Shown here one piece after another: positions 53,838 to 62,876 of a DNA stretch of 64,000 nucleotides. Made by a program: the position numbers and the translations under genes. Source of the stretch: Clostridiaceae bacterium. Lineage in GTDB: Bacteria; Bacillota; Clostridia; Christensenellales; CAG-138. Under the pieces are notes generated by a model. That model ran no database searches. It was not told the origin of the DNA and saw only the letters and a program-made list of their open reading frames with translations. The DNA lies in contig JBDKTD010000020.1 of the NCBI GenBank assembly GCA_039680365.1, positions 1,521-65,520 of the forward strand, given 5' to 3'. How positions within the stretch are numbered: the first letter of the stretch is position 1; each line of letters begins with the position of its first letter.

Positions 53838-54827
53838 CTACACGGACGGCGTTTCGCGCTCCTTCTTCCGCTTGCGGAACGCAAAGAGCTTGAGCATGGC
53901 GAATGTCACCGGAATGCCGACCACCGCCGCGAGGATATAGGTAATCAGCTTGCCAAAGCCGAGCCAGTTCATAAACACCAGCACAAACGCGTTTTGAATC
54001 AAAAAGTTCGGGATATAGGAAACGCAGAACTTGATATACTTTGGAAAACTCAGCGCCTCTTTGAAGGTAAAAAAACTGTTGAGCAGATACGAAATCGTCA
54101 GGCTCAGCAGATACCCCGCCACGAACGCCAAATTCGGCTGGAGCAGCAGCGAAAAAAGGTACGCAAACAGCACGCCGTTGAACGTGTTGATCCCACCGAT
54201 GAGAAGAAAGCGCGCAAACTCCTTGGAGAGGAAAAAACGCTTCGCTTTTTGCATGGCCGACGGCTTGTATTCCGCCCAGGGAATCGCCCTTCCGTCGGAA
54301 ACGAGATAGCTCTCGCTCGCCAGCGCGGCGAGCGGAGAATCGGAGAGCGAGTCGGAGTAAAAGCGTTTGATTGGCGTTTTGCCGAACGTTTCCCGAAATC
54401 GCGCGACCTTCTCTTCGCCGTAGCAGTTTTCGCCGGTATAGGCGCCGGTTTTCGGATCCACGCGCGAGGCGATCAGGTTTTGAATACCGAGTTCGGCGCA
54501 GATCGGCCGGAGCAGGAACTCCGGTGAGGCGGAGATGATCACATCGTCCGCCGCCTTCTGTTCAAGGTACCATGGCTCGATTTTCTGCTGCCGCGCACTC
54601 CAAAAGAAGCGGACCTCAGCGTCGATATCCTTTAAACCGCGGAAGTACCGGTAGAAACGCTGTTTGAACGCCGTTTTGCTGATTAGCCCGAGCGCGTACG
54701 GAACAAACGCGAGAAACTGCCCCGGCAGAAACCGCAGCAGCAGAGGATGGCGGCGGTAACAGAAACGCGTAAAATCAAGCGTACTGTCGCCGGAATAGAT
54801 GGTTTTGTCGAAATCGTAAACGTTCAA
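53838..54827 (-). CDS. HAD-IB phosphatase fused to a GtrA-like four-helix membrane domain
   Basis: N-terminal MNVYDFDKTIY (DxDxT) and YSDSLSD. The C-terminal 130 aa (FARFLLIGGINTFNGVLFAYLF...) are GtrA-like. Confidence 0.7.
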   Translation of the reverse strand: MNVYDFDKTIYSGDSTLDFTRFCYRRHPLLLRFLPGQFLAFVPYALGLISKTAFKQRFYRYFRGLKDIDAEVRFFWSARQQKIEPWYLEQKAADDVIISASPEFLLRPICAELGIQNLIASRVDPKTGAYTGENCYGEEKVARFRETFGKTPIKRFYSDSLSDSPLAALASESYLVSDGRAIPWAEYKPSAMQKAKRFFLSKEFARFLLIGGINTFNGVLFAYLFSLLLQPNLAFVAGYLLSLTISYLLNSFFTFKEALSFPKYIKFCVSYIPNFLIQNAFVLVFMNWLGFGKLITYILAAVVGIPVTFAMLKLFAFRKRKKERETPSV

Positions 54828-54881
54828 ATTGAGAGTCTCTTTCTGATCCGCGTTTCGTTTTGCGGCGCGGACGCGGAGAAG

Positions 54882-55748
54882 TTACAGGTAGATCAGCACG
54901 ACCCAGATGACACATAGAATTGCCACAAGCGCCAGCAGCAGCTTGTCGCCCCAAAGCACGTCCACCGGGTCGCCGTCGGAGTTGCCTTCAATGCGCAGGC
55001 TGTAGCTCATGCAGATGAGTATGACAAGCGGCACCGTCCAGACCACGCCGTTGGAATGGATGCGCGCGGTCGTGATGGGGTCTACGCTCCAGAGCGAGTA
55101 AAACGCAATGGTCAGCGCAAGGCAAAGGTACATGTTTTTATCGAGGAAATCGCGGGTGTAAAAACGCAGAACCTTGCGCTGCGCACCGTCCGGCTGGCGG
55201 ATCAGTTCGTTGCGGCGTTTGCCGAGGCCGAGGTAAAAGCTCATGGCGATCACGGTTAGGTACATCCAGCGGGAGATTTCAATGCCGCTGAGCGCCGCGC
55301 CGTAGAGCACGCGAATCAGAAAGCCGGAAACGAGAATCGCGATATCGACGATGGGCCTGTTCTTAAGCCCCAGACTGTAACCAACGTTGAGCGCGAGGTA
55401 CAGCAGCAGATAGAGCCAGCCGTACCAGTGCACCGCTTTTGAAAAATAGTGCAGGACTGCAGAAGCGATCAGCAGGATCCCCGCAAGAATAACCGCCGAT
55501 TTGACGGGGACTTCGCCGCTGGCGATGGGGCGGAACTTCTTTGTCGGGTGCTCGCGGTCTGTCTTGACGTCCATGATGTCGTTGATGATATAGACCGCCG
55601 AAGAGAGCAGGCAAAACGATACAAAGCCGAGCGCCGCCTGACGCAGCAAACCCAACGCAAAGAGCTGACCGCCAAAAAGAAACGGCAGCAGGATCAGGCC
55701 GTTCTTGATGTAGTGCTTGAAGCGCATGAGCTTTATGTATTTTTTCAT
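54882..55748 (-). CDS. UbiA-superfamily prenyl-phosphate phosphoribosyltransferase (decaprenyl-phosphate 5-phosphoribosyltransferase-like)
   Basis: MRFKHYIKNGLILLPF and NDIMDVKTDREHPTKKFRPIASGE match the DPPR-synthase (Rv3806c-type) branch of UbiA enzymes. 8-9 TM helices. Confidence 0.7.
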   Translation of the reverse strand: MKKYIKLMRFKHYIKNGLILLPFLFGGQLFALGLLRQAALGFVSFCLLSSAVYIINDIMDVKTDREHPTKKFRPIASGEVPVKSAVILAGILLIASAVLHYFSKAVHWYGWLYLLLYLALNVGYSLGLKNRPIVDIAILVSGFLIRVLYGAALSGIEISRWMYLTVIAMSFYLGLGKRRNELIRQPDGAQRKVLRFYTRDFLDKNMYLCLALTIAFYSLWSVDPITTARIHSNGVVWTVPLVILICMSYSLRIEGNSDGDPVDVLWGDKLLLALVAILCVIWVVLIYL

Positions 55749-55786
55749 CGCGGTTCCTCCCTCTTACTCTGATTAAAAACAGCCGG

Positions 55787-57478
55787 TTACGCGGGGTAAT
55801 TCCGTATGCCAAAGAGGATGATTTGCAGGATATTGCCTGCGTTCAGGATCAGCATCGCGGCGGCGATACCGCCAAGAACGACAGCCTGCGCCGTTTTCCA
55901 TTTTTTCAGTAAGGCGTCGAGTGCAAGAAATGCCAGCGCCAGATACGCCCAGGAAAAATACAGCGTGTAGAGAACGAGCCCGTTTTCCGCCGTGCCCCAG
56001 CCAACGAGACACAGCAGTACAAAGGAAAACAGCACCCAGCATAAACTCACGCGCGCAAGCTTGTTTTTATAGTTCAGCGCAAATCCAACGACGGCGAAAA
56101 TCAGCACCGCAACGCCGACCGGGTTGACTGAAACGACGGGCAGGAGCTGGTACGAAATGTGCACATAGCTATTCGTATCGACGCCCGCAAGCGGACGGAC
56201 AACGCAGGCGGCGGCAAAGTTGATAAACTGCAGCAGTTTATCGCCAAAGCCGAGCCCCGCGCCCGAAAAACTCATCAGCTCCTTGAGCGAAGCCGCCGCG
56301 CTGTAGAGCAGCGGCAGCTGACCGAACACCGCGAGAAACGCGAGCAGTAATCCTCCCGCTTTGAGCAGTTCGACTAGAACCGATCGAGCGCTCTTTTTGT
56401 ATGGCAGCAGGAAAATCAACGCGCCGCTGGTGAGCATAGAGCCCGTTGCGGCAACCCAGGTGAACGTCCGCCCGGGCGCGGCCTCACAGAAGCCCTCCAC
56501 AAGGAAGATCACCCAGAACAGCGAGAAGATATACTGCTCAACGGTGAGCAGAAACAGCATCGTCGGGTACGAAACCGTCATCAGCGCAAGAAACAGCGCC
56601 TTTTTCAGCCCCTCCAGCCGGAGCAGCCTGGCAAGGATTACAAAGCAATACAGCAGCAGCGCGGCCTGCAGAATGCCAAGCAGAATGACGTATGTGTTCG
56701 GCACAAAGAAGAGCGCTTTGGAGAGCAATCTGGCCGCAATGTCAAACGGCATGGCGAACACGCCGAACAGCGGCTGACGGATATCGTTTTGAAACGCGTT
56801 GATGTTGAGAAATGTATGATCCTCTAGCAGCATGCCGGAGTCCGCCGTGTAGACCACGTCGTAAGGGATTCCGGCATCGGTAAACGCGGTTGTCATGCTG
56901 TAGACGCAGGCGATCAAAACCGCGGCGGCCAAACCCGCAATCAGCAGGTAGCGGCGTTCCACTTTGTCCGTCATTCGGAAACGGCGTCCCGCTTCCAGCA
57001 AAATGCGGTCAAGCGCGGCATAGAACAGCGTAAACAGCGCAAACAGCGCAAACGCCGCAATCCCGACGGCGAGCCAGCGCTCCAGAAATCCGTACAAGCC
57101 GCCGGAGAGGGGCAGTACGCCGCCGATTTTTTCCAGAATGCGCTCGCTCATGGAAGCGCGGAACCATTCAGAATACCGGTGCGCGGCATACAGCGCAAAC
57201 AGGACGGCTATTGCAGCCTTGGCCGGACTGACGCGGAGAAACACGCGCTCCAGCGCCTGAAAGCGGAACGCGAGCAGCGCGCAGAGCACAAGCGAACAGA
57301 AGACGCCGACAAGGCCGATGCCGGTCGAACCCCGCTGGGAAAACAGCAGCGTCGCCGCGGCGCCCGAAAGGGCAAACAAAACTTTGAAGATCCAGTGAAA
57401 GCGCAGCGGCCGATCGGAAGAGCGGCTCGCAAAAGCGGCTTTGAAAAGCCGGCGTTCGGGGCGGGATTGAACTTCCAT
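55787..57478 (-). CDS. Large polytopic membrane protein, possible GT-C glycosyltransferase using a polyprenyl-phospho-sugar donor
   Basis: 563 aa with more than 12 hydrophobic helices. It is the first gene of a three-gene unit with the UbiA and HAD-GtrA genes. No motif firmly recognised. Confidence 0.5.
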   Translation of the reverse strand: MEVQSRPERRLFKAAFASRSSDRPLRFHWIFKVLFALSGAAATLLFSQRGSTGIGLVGVFCSLVLCALLAFRFQALERVFLRVSPAKAAIAVLFALYAAHRYSEWFRASMSERILEKIGGVLPLSGGLYGFLERWLAVGIAAFALFALFTLFYAALDRILLEAGRRFRMTDKVERRYLLIAGLAAAVLIACVYSMTTAFTDAGIPYDVVYTADSGMLLEDHTFLNINAFQNDIRQPLFGVFAMPFDIAARLLSKALFFVPNTYVILLGILQAALLLYCFVILARLLRLEGLKKALFLALMTVSYPTMLFLLTVEQYIFSLFWVIFLVEGFCEAAPGRTFTWVAATGSMLTSGALIFLLPYKKSARSVLVELLKAGGLLLAFLAVFGQLPLLYSAAASLKELMSFSGAGLGFGDKLLQFINFAAACVVRPLAGVDTNSYVHISYQLLPVVSVNPVGVAVLIFAVVGFALNYKNKLARVSLCWVLFSFVLLCLVGWGTAENGLVLYTLYFSWAYLALAFLALDALLKKWKTAQAVVLGGIAAAMLILNAGNILQIILFGIRNYPA

Positions 57479-57508
57479 TGGCGCTCCTTTACCCGTTTGA
57501 TTGGATCA

Positions 57509-57537
57509 ATTTTACCATAAGAGCCGACTGTTCACAA
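57509..57537 (-). promoter_or_regulatory. Candidate promoter of the membrane-protein/UbiA/HAD-GtrA unit
   Basis: The minus strand reads TTGTGA-N17-(TGG)TAAAAT, an extended -10. It is followed by an AAAGGAG RBS before the 57478 start. Confidence 0.5.
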
Positions 57538-57569
57538 TTACCGGCTTGCGGCTCAATCTTTTTAGCGAG

Positions 57570-57600
57570 CAAACGAAAACAGCGCAGGCTGTGCGCTGTT
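57570..57600 (-). terminator. Intrinsic terminator after the GT14 gene
   Basis: Stem AACAGCGCA/TGCGCTGTT with a 5-nt loop. On the minus strand it is followed by TTCGTTTGC. Confidence 0.6.
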
Positions 57601-57631
57601 TAAAATCCCTTACGAATACGGAGCCCGCGAC

Positions 57632-58546
57632 TCAAGCCTTTTCGCGGGGACGAACGGACTGCGCGATTCTGTCGATGACCGCGCCATCCGCCGAGGAGTC
57701 GAACTTTCGCGCAAACAGCGCGCCGGAGGACGTCAGCGATTCAAAATCTTCGCTCAACAGCACCTTGGGCGAGCGTCCGCCATCCGACCAGTCCACATAC
57801 CGCATGGTGGCGGCGAGCTCGTCGTCCCAGCCGGAAAAGAAGCGGCGCTCCATGAACGGCGAATTGAAAAGGATCGTCTGGAGCCAGAGCTCGTCCGCGC
57901 AGACCGAATGTCGAAAGTAAGCGCGATAGCGCGGGAGCTGTTCGAGCACATAGAGAGCAAATTTGTGCGTAATGGAGAACCACACCGCGCCTTTTTGGAA
58001 CACGACGGGACACCGTTTGATACGGTTGACGCCGAGCGCGTTCTGCAGCCTGTTCCAGAGGGGTTCGGTTCGCTTATAGATGCGGAGGGCGAACGGCTTG
58101 ACCGGACGCTGAAACGAATACTTGCCCAGCCGCTGGGCGAGTACTCGCGGGTCGGCGTTTTTCTGGTCGAACGCGACAAACTCTTTGTCCGCGTGCTCCA
58201 AAAAGAACGCGCGGATTTCCGCCTGCGGTTTCAGCGGCAGATCGACGCCGGAGAGCAGGTGGTAATAGGCGTGCTCCGTCTTGACCGCTTCACATAAAAG
58301 CGAAACAATCGCGTCGATAAACACCTCGCTGCCCCAGCGCGCGTCCAGGCGCGGAACGAACCGAATGGAAGCCTGTTTGACGATCGCCGAAAGCTCGCCG
58401 TCATGAATCGCCGTCGCTTTTTTGTCGATATGGAGGTAGAGGTCGTTTTCCGCGTCGTCCAGCAGCGAGAGCAGCAGTTTGAGCTGCTCCGGCTTATCGT
58501 GCGCCGTAATCAGGTACGCGTGGCGCGAAGGCGTTTGCTGCGTCAT
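57632..58546 (-). CDS. Glycosyltransferase family 14 (core-2/I-branching 'Branch' family)
   Basis: HAYLITAHDKPEQLKLLLSLLDDAENDLYLHIDKKA and the later DELWLQT / RKFD motifs are typical of the Branch domain. Confidence 0.7.
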   Translation of the reverse strand: MTQQTPSRHAYLITAHDKPEQLKLLLSLLDDAENDLYLHIDKKATAIHDGELSAIVKQASIRFVPRLDARWGSEVFIDAIVSLLCEAVKTEHAYYHLLSGVDLPLKPQAEIRAFFLEHADKEFVAFDQKNADPRVLAQRLGKYSFQRPVKPFALRIYKRTEPLWNRLQNALGVNRIKRCPVVFQKGAVWFSITHKFALYVLEQLPRYRAYFRHSVCADELWLQTILFNSPFMERRFFSGWDDELAATMRYVDWSDGGRSPKVLLSEDFESLTSSGALFARKFDSSADGAVIDRIAQSVRPREKA

Positions 58547-58592
58547 AGAACTCTTCTCCCTCCTGGGTTTCGCGGCGGATGCATGGTCGGCG

Positions 58593-60143
58593 TCAGCCGA
58601 CCGGCGCGGAACCCTGGTGCTGTGCGCGCAGGCCGAACATCTTTTGAATGGTGAGGTATCCCTCGTTGCCCTTGCGCCAGAAGCTCAAGGCGTACTCGTT
58701 GCTTGTGGGATGCGCCTTGATGATCGTATTCGGCAGAGCGGCTTGCAGCTCGGCGACTTGCTCTTCGGTCAGGTGATTGCCGTTGATCCAGAGCCGTTCC
58801 AGATTCGTCAGTCCCTTATAAACGTCGATGCTCGTCACCCCGTTTGCGCTGAGGTTGAGGAAGCGGAGCTTCTTGCAGTTGCGCAAAGGTGAGACATCCG
58901 TCAAATAATTATAGGTCATCTCCAGAAATTCCAGATCGGTCTGGTTTTCCAGCGCGGAGATGTCGGTCAGGTTGCAGAGCGAAATAATCAGGTACTTCAG
59001 CTTCGGCAAACCCGCGATAAAGTCGATATTGCCGATGTGGTCGCAGTGTCCAACGTCCAGCGCAACGAGGTCGGTGCAGTACTTGAGGTTTTCAAAATCC
59101 TCCGCGTGGATATTGCCGTATTCGAAATCCTTGCCGATATAGTAGCCCATGCCGTTCGGAAACTTGCGCTTATTGCCGGTGCTGAAGCCCTGAATATCCG
59201 TGCGGATCATCCACTTGCTGACCTTGGTCATCCAGATGAACTTCGTGTTGGGATAGCGCGCGCGCATGGCGGCCATCTCTTCGTCCGTCGGCCCGCAGTT
59301 GCACATATCCAGCCTTGTCAGCGCGGGGAGCAGCTGCAGCTTGTCGGAAAACGCCGCCGCGTCCGGTACGGTATGGTCGCGCAGATCCAGCTCGGCAACG
59401 TCCGAACGGACGGAAAGATCGTCCAGCAGCTGCACGTTCCAGAGGAACGACATATTTGGGAACGCTTTGACGAGCGCGAGCTGCTCCTCCGTTGAAAAAA
59501 CGGCGGTGTCGTCAAACGTCACCGTTTTCAGTGCGGGCAGTCCCGCAAGCAAGACGGTGAGCTCCGAAGCGGTAACCGTTTTGCCGGAAAGGTCGAGCGA
59601 GGCTAGATTGCTGTCGTATGTTTCGCCTTCAAATGCAACGTTCCAGGTGAACGCGACGTTCGGATACGCCGCCGCGAGCGACGAAAGCTCAGAGTAGTTG
59701 GATTCATCCGATACGGCGAAGGAGACGGTCTTCAGGTTCGGAAAAAACGCAAGAAACGTATCGGCGTCCTCCGGCAAGTCGTTCAGTGCAAGCGCGGCAG
59801 AGTCGCTGTCAAAACGCGCGTCGCCGACCGGCACGCTCCAGAGAATTTCGCAGTTCGGCAGCGCGGCGGAGAGGGTCTGGTAGCTTTCAATCGAAATCGG
59901 ATTTCCGCGCAGGTCGAGGGAAGCCAGATTCGTTTTTTGCATCAGGCTCGAAACATCCGTCAGGTTTGTGTTGCTCAAATCGAGCGTCACGGGTTCCGGC
60001 GGTGCCGAAAGGACGCCCGCCTTGCCGCAGGCGGCAAGCGAAAGCGCAAGCGCCAGTATGGCGAGCGCCGCGGCCAGCCGTTTACCGAATCCCTTTGATG
60101 GATACTGCTGATGGGTCAAAAGAATCATCCCTCTCTCTTCCAT
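58593..60143 (-). CDS. Leucine-rich-repeat lipoprotein
   Basis: Lipobox LSLAACGK. Multiple LRRs (LDLSNTNLTDVSSL, LDLRGNPI, LTDISALENQTDLEFLEMTYNYLTDVSPLRNCKKLRFLNLSANGVTSI). Confidence 0.8.
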   Translation of the reverse strand: MEERGMILLTHQQYPSKGFGKRLAAALAILALALSLAACGKAGVLSAPPEPVTLDLSNTNLTDVSSLMQKTNLASLDLRGNPISIESYQTLSAALPNCEILWSVPVGDARFDSDSAALALNDLPEDADTFLAFFPNLKTVSFAVSDESNYSELSSLAAAYPNVAFTWNVAFEGETYDSNLASLDLSGKTVTASELTVLLAGLPALKTVTFDDTAVFSTEEQLALVKAFPNMSFLWNVQLLDDLSVRSDVAELDLRDHTVPDAAAFSDKLQLLPALTRLDMCNCGPTDEEMAAMRARYPNTKFIWMTKVSKWMIRTDIQGFSTGNKRKFPNGMGYYIGKDFEYGNIHAEDFENLKYCTDLVALDVGHCDHIGNIDFIAGLPKLKYLIISLCNLTDISALENQTDLEFLEMTYNYLTDVSPLRNCKKLRFLNLSANGVTSIDVYKGLTNLERLWINGNHLTEEQVAELQAALPNTIIKAHPTSNEYALSFWRKGNEGYLTIQKMFGLRAQHQGSAPVG

Positions 60144-60176
60144 AAAGCCAGAAAATGCGCAAACCGTCCCAGTTGA

Positions 60177-62624
60177 TCAATTGAATTTCGAGGCGACGAG
60201 GCCGGTATAGAGCCTCGGCTCTTCCTCTGTGGGCACTAGCTCGGAATAGCCCCAGAGCAGCTGGTCGGGTACGGCGCGGTAGTGTTTTTCGGCGCGCTTG
60301 TTGATATACTCGCCCATGAACACCATGGTTGCCGAAGCGCCGCCGTCGAGGTTATACGCCATGACGCAGCCTTCGTCCTGGAACATCTTTGCAAATTCGG
60401 AAAGCAGGATGCCGTGGCTGTATCCGGGGAGCCGGCCGTCCACTACGATTGCAACAAAGTGCCCCGGTTCCACAAGGCCGAGCCCCGCGCGCGGGTTGAT
60501 GCGGCCGACGCGGTCGCCATCCACGCCCTCGCAGAGTTTGCCGTTGAGAATGAGCGGCGGGCCGAAGGCGAACGTCGCCTGCGCGCCGTCCTCAATTTCG
60601 TTGAGCATGCTCATGTCGCCGCGCTCATAGATATGCATGGAGAGGTCGTCGGTAAGCACCATGCAGGATTCCGAAGAGAGCGCGCGGAAGATCCGCCCGT
60701 CGCGAATCAACAGCCCGCGGTCAAAGCCCGAATGCAGCAGGTTGTCGCCCGTTAGTCCCAGCACCGCGCGGTAGCGGCGCGCCATGGTGCAGGCGTCCAG
60801 CGTGTCCCTGCCGTTGAGCCGCGCCGAGCCAAAGCCGGAGCGGTAGGCGTCCTCATTTCGCATGTAGATATGCGCAACAAAATAGGTTTCCGGCGGGTCG
60901 CTGGTGGAATAACGCTTAATCTCCACGGCCAGCGTATCGCTGCGGTATTCGAAAATGCCGTTGTCATAGTCGAAAACGACCACTTCCTCCGGGTCGCTTT
61001 CCTTGCGGAAGTGTTCGGCCATTGGATCCGGCGTCGGCGTCGGTTCCGGCGTATCCGTCGGGGCTGGCGTTTCCGCGGCGGGGGCTGGCGAAGGTGTCGC
61101 CGCTGGAGCGGCCTTCGGCGGGAGCTGGTCGCGCAGAATCAGCGCCGTACCCGCGAGAATAAACAGCACAGCCGCCGCAATCCAAAACGCGAGCACCGTC
61201 TTTGCAACGGGGCGTTTTTTGAGCACGGTAAGGCAGAGAACCAAAAGCCCCGCGCCCAGCACGGCAAGACTGATACCAATGGGCAGGATATACGGTTCGT
61301 AATCCGGCGCGGCGGCGGTCTGTTCGGCGGGTACGGAAGGTACGTCCGGCGTTGGCGTTTCAACCGGCTCTGGCGTAACGGCTGGCGCGGGAGAAGCCGC
61401 CGCCAGCGGGTCGGCGGAGAAGCTCAAACCCGAAAGGATCGAAAAGAGCTGCGTCTGGCTGTCCGGCTCGGTCACGTAAACGCCCTCCGGATAGGTTTGC
61501 ATAAAATATGGGGTGCTTGTCACGCTTGCGTGATAGAGCTTGAGAAACTTGTATTGATCGAAGCAAGACTGCGCGAGCTCCTGCGCGCTCTTGCCGTTAA
61601 AGGCGGCCAAAGGCACGGCGGTATCGTAGAGCGGGTTTCCGCCGGAGGAGCGGTGCTGGTAGACCGCGCTGACCTGCCACGCGCCGTACGCTTCCAACGT
61701 GGCGTGATCTTTCGACTCGTCCGCGGCCTGCTCCGCCGCAAGCTGCACGTGCGTTGCGGCGAGCATATGCATGCAGTCGCTGTCTTCGCCGTTGATATCG
61801 TTTGTTATGATCACCTGCGGCTGGTAGCGGCGAATGAGCTGCAGCATGGAGAGCGAAATCTCTTTTTTATCGGCCAGCGCGTACATGCCCTTGCTGGTGG
61901 CGTAGGCGCGGTAGTACTGATACCCCATAAACACCGGCTGCACGCGGGAACCGAGCGAATATTGAATCTGTATCGCTTCCTGCTGCGCTTCTCTGCTGTA
62001 GGCCATCAGATAGACGACCGCAAAATCTTTACTCTGGAAAAACGGCAGCAGACTGCCGAAATAATACGATTCGTCGCCCGTATGCGCGCAAAGCAGCATC
62101 ACCTTGACGCCGGAGGTCTGACAATCCATGATGCAGAGGGACTCCGGCGGCGTTGCGGAGTCGTAAACCCAAAGCTCGGAGACGGCAAACTTCTGCTCGC
62201 CGTAAATGCGAACGGAGGCGCAGTTTTCCGGCAGGGCATAAAAACCGTTGAGCAGATCGGGGCTGGCCACCTGATCGGAAAGCACGGTTTCCGCGCTGTC
62301 CCGCGCTTCGATATGGCTTGCTTCGGGCGCGGTGTACCAGGCGATATAGAGACCTTTTGCTTGATCGGGGACTTCTACGATCAGCTCTTCTTTTGCGGTA
62401 AACGAAATGCGGGAGTTGTAGCGATTATCCGAAAGGCGGGAGGCTAAACCTGCGTCGTTCTCCGGCAGATGGAGCGTGCACTGCGCTGTTAAGTCGGCGG
62501 GCGCGCTCTCTTCCTCGGCCAGCGCCGAACGCCTGACGCCCAGCGGGAGGAGGAGTCCCGCGGCCAACGCAAAAAGGATTGCTCCTTTCAAAATCTTCAG
62601 GCTCGCGGCGTTCGTTCTGCTCAT
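60177..62624 (-). CDS. Multidomain surface protein: N-terminal domain + possible degenerate PIG-L/LmbE-like domain, 2 TM helices, Pro/Thr linker, C-terminal phosphodiester glycosidase (NAGPA-like) domain
   Basis: I chose the start MSRTNAASLKILKGAILFALAAG (GGGAG RBS) rather than 62732. VMLLCAHTGDES resembles the AHPDDE motif. The C-terminus ...GHFVAIVVDGR...AYNLDGGASATMVF is typical of the phosphodiester glycosidase family. Confidence 0.7.
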   Translation of the reverse strand: MSRTNAASLKILKGAILFALAAGLLLPLGVRRSALAEEESAPADLTAQCTLHLPENDAGLASRLSDNRYNSRISFTAKEELIVEVPDQAKGLYIAWYTAPEASHIEARDSAETVLSDQVASPDLLNGFYALPENCASVRIYGEQKFAVSELWVYDSATPPESLCIMDCQTSGVKVMLLCAHTGDESYYFGSLLPFFQSKDFAVVYLMAYSREAQQEAIQIQYSLGSRVQPVFMGYQYYRAYATSKGMYALADKKEISLSMLQLIRRYQPQVIITNDINGEDSDCMHMLAATHVQLAAEQAADESKDHATLEAYGAWQVSAVYQHRSSGGNPLYDTAVPLAAFNGKSAQELAQSCFDQYKFLKLYHASVTSTPYFMQTYPEGVYVTEPDSQTQLFSILSGLSFSADPLAAASPAPAVTPEPVETPTPDVPSVPAEQTAAAPDYEPYILPIGISLAVLGAGLLVLCLTVLKKRPVAKTVLAFWIAAAVLFILAGTALILRDQLPPKAAPAATPSPAPAAETPAPTDTPEPTPTPDPMAEHFRKESDPEEVVVFDYDNGIFEYRSDTLAVEIKRYSTSDPPETYFVAHIYMRNEDAYRSGFGSARLNGRDTLDACTMARRYRAVLGLTGDNLLHSGFDRGLLIRDGRIFRALSSESCMVLTDDLSMHIYERGDMSMLNEIEDGAQATFAFGPPLILNGKLCEGVDGDRVGRINPRAGLGLVEPGHFVAIVVDGRLPGYSHGILLSEFAKMFQDEGCVMAYNLDGGASATMVFMGEYINKRAEKHYRAVPDQLLWGYSELVPTEEEPRLYTGLVASKFN

Positions 62625-62740
62625 GAATCGTGCTCCCATCTGTTTGGCGGCGCGCAGGGAAACGACTGGCCATACTGGTGAAACATCGTCTGCGCCCCAT
62701 TGCGCGGCGGCGGTTACCCGCATCGCGCACAACTTGATTT

Positions 62741-62770
62741 ATTATAGTAACTTACCATTTTAGCTGTCAA
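62741..62770 (-). promoter_or_regulatory. Near-consensus promoter for the 60177-62624 gene
   Basis: The minus strand reads TTGACA-N18-TATAAT. Confidence 0.6.
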
Positions 62771-62834
62771 GAAAACCGCTCGACAGCTTGATTTTTCAGC
62801 AGCTTCCTATTTTAACTGCCAAGAAAACCGCCCG
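62757..62834. repeat. Two copies of a roughly 26-bp direct repeat (52-bp period) in the intergenic region
   Basis: ATTTTAGCTGTCAAGAAAACCGCTCG (62757) versus ATTTTAACTGCCAAGAAAACCGCCCG (62809). The first copy carries the -35 box of the promoter above. Confidence 0.85.
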
Positions 62835-62876
62835 GCGCGTGAAAAACATCTGGCGTATTTGCTGAACGCGCGGCGC

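Noticed and set aside
62625-62732. Longer start (MCAMRV...) for the 851-aa glycosidase ORF, which would be nearly leaderless relative to the TTGACA/TATAAT promoter.
   Set aside because: The extension would bury the signal peptide 36 residues from the N-terminus. The ATG at 62624 has a GGGAG RBS and gives a normal signal peptide. The leaderless alternative cannot be fully excluded.
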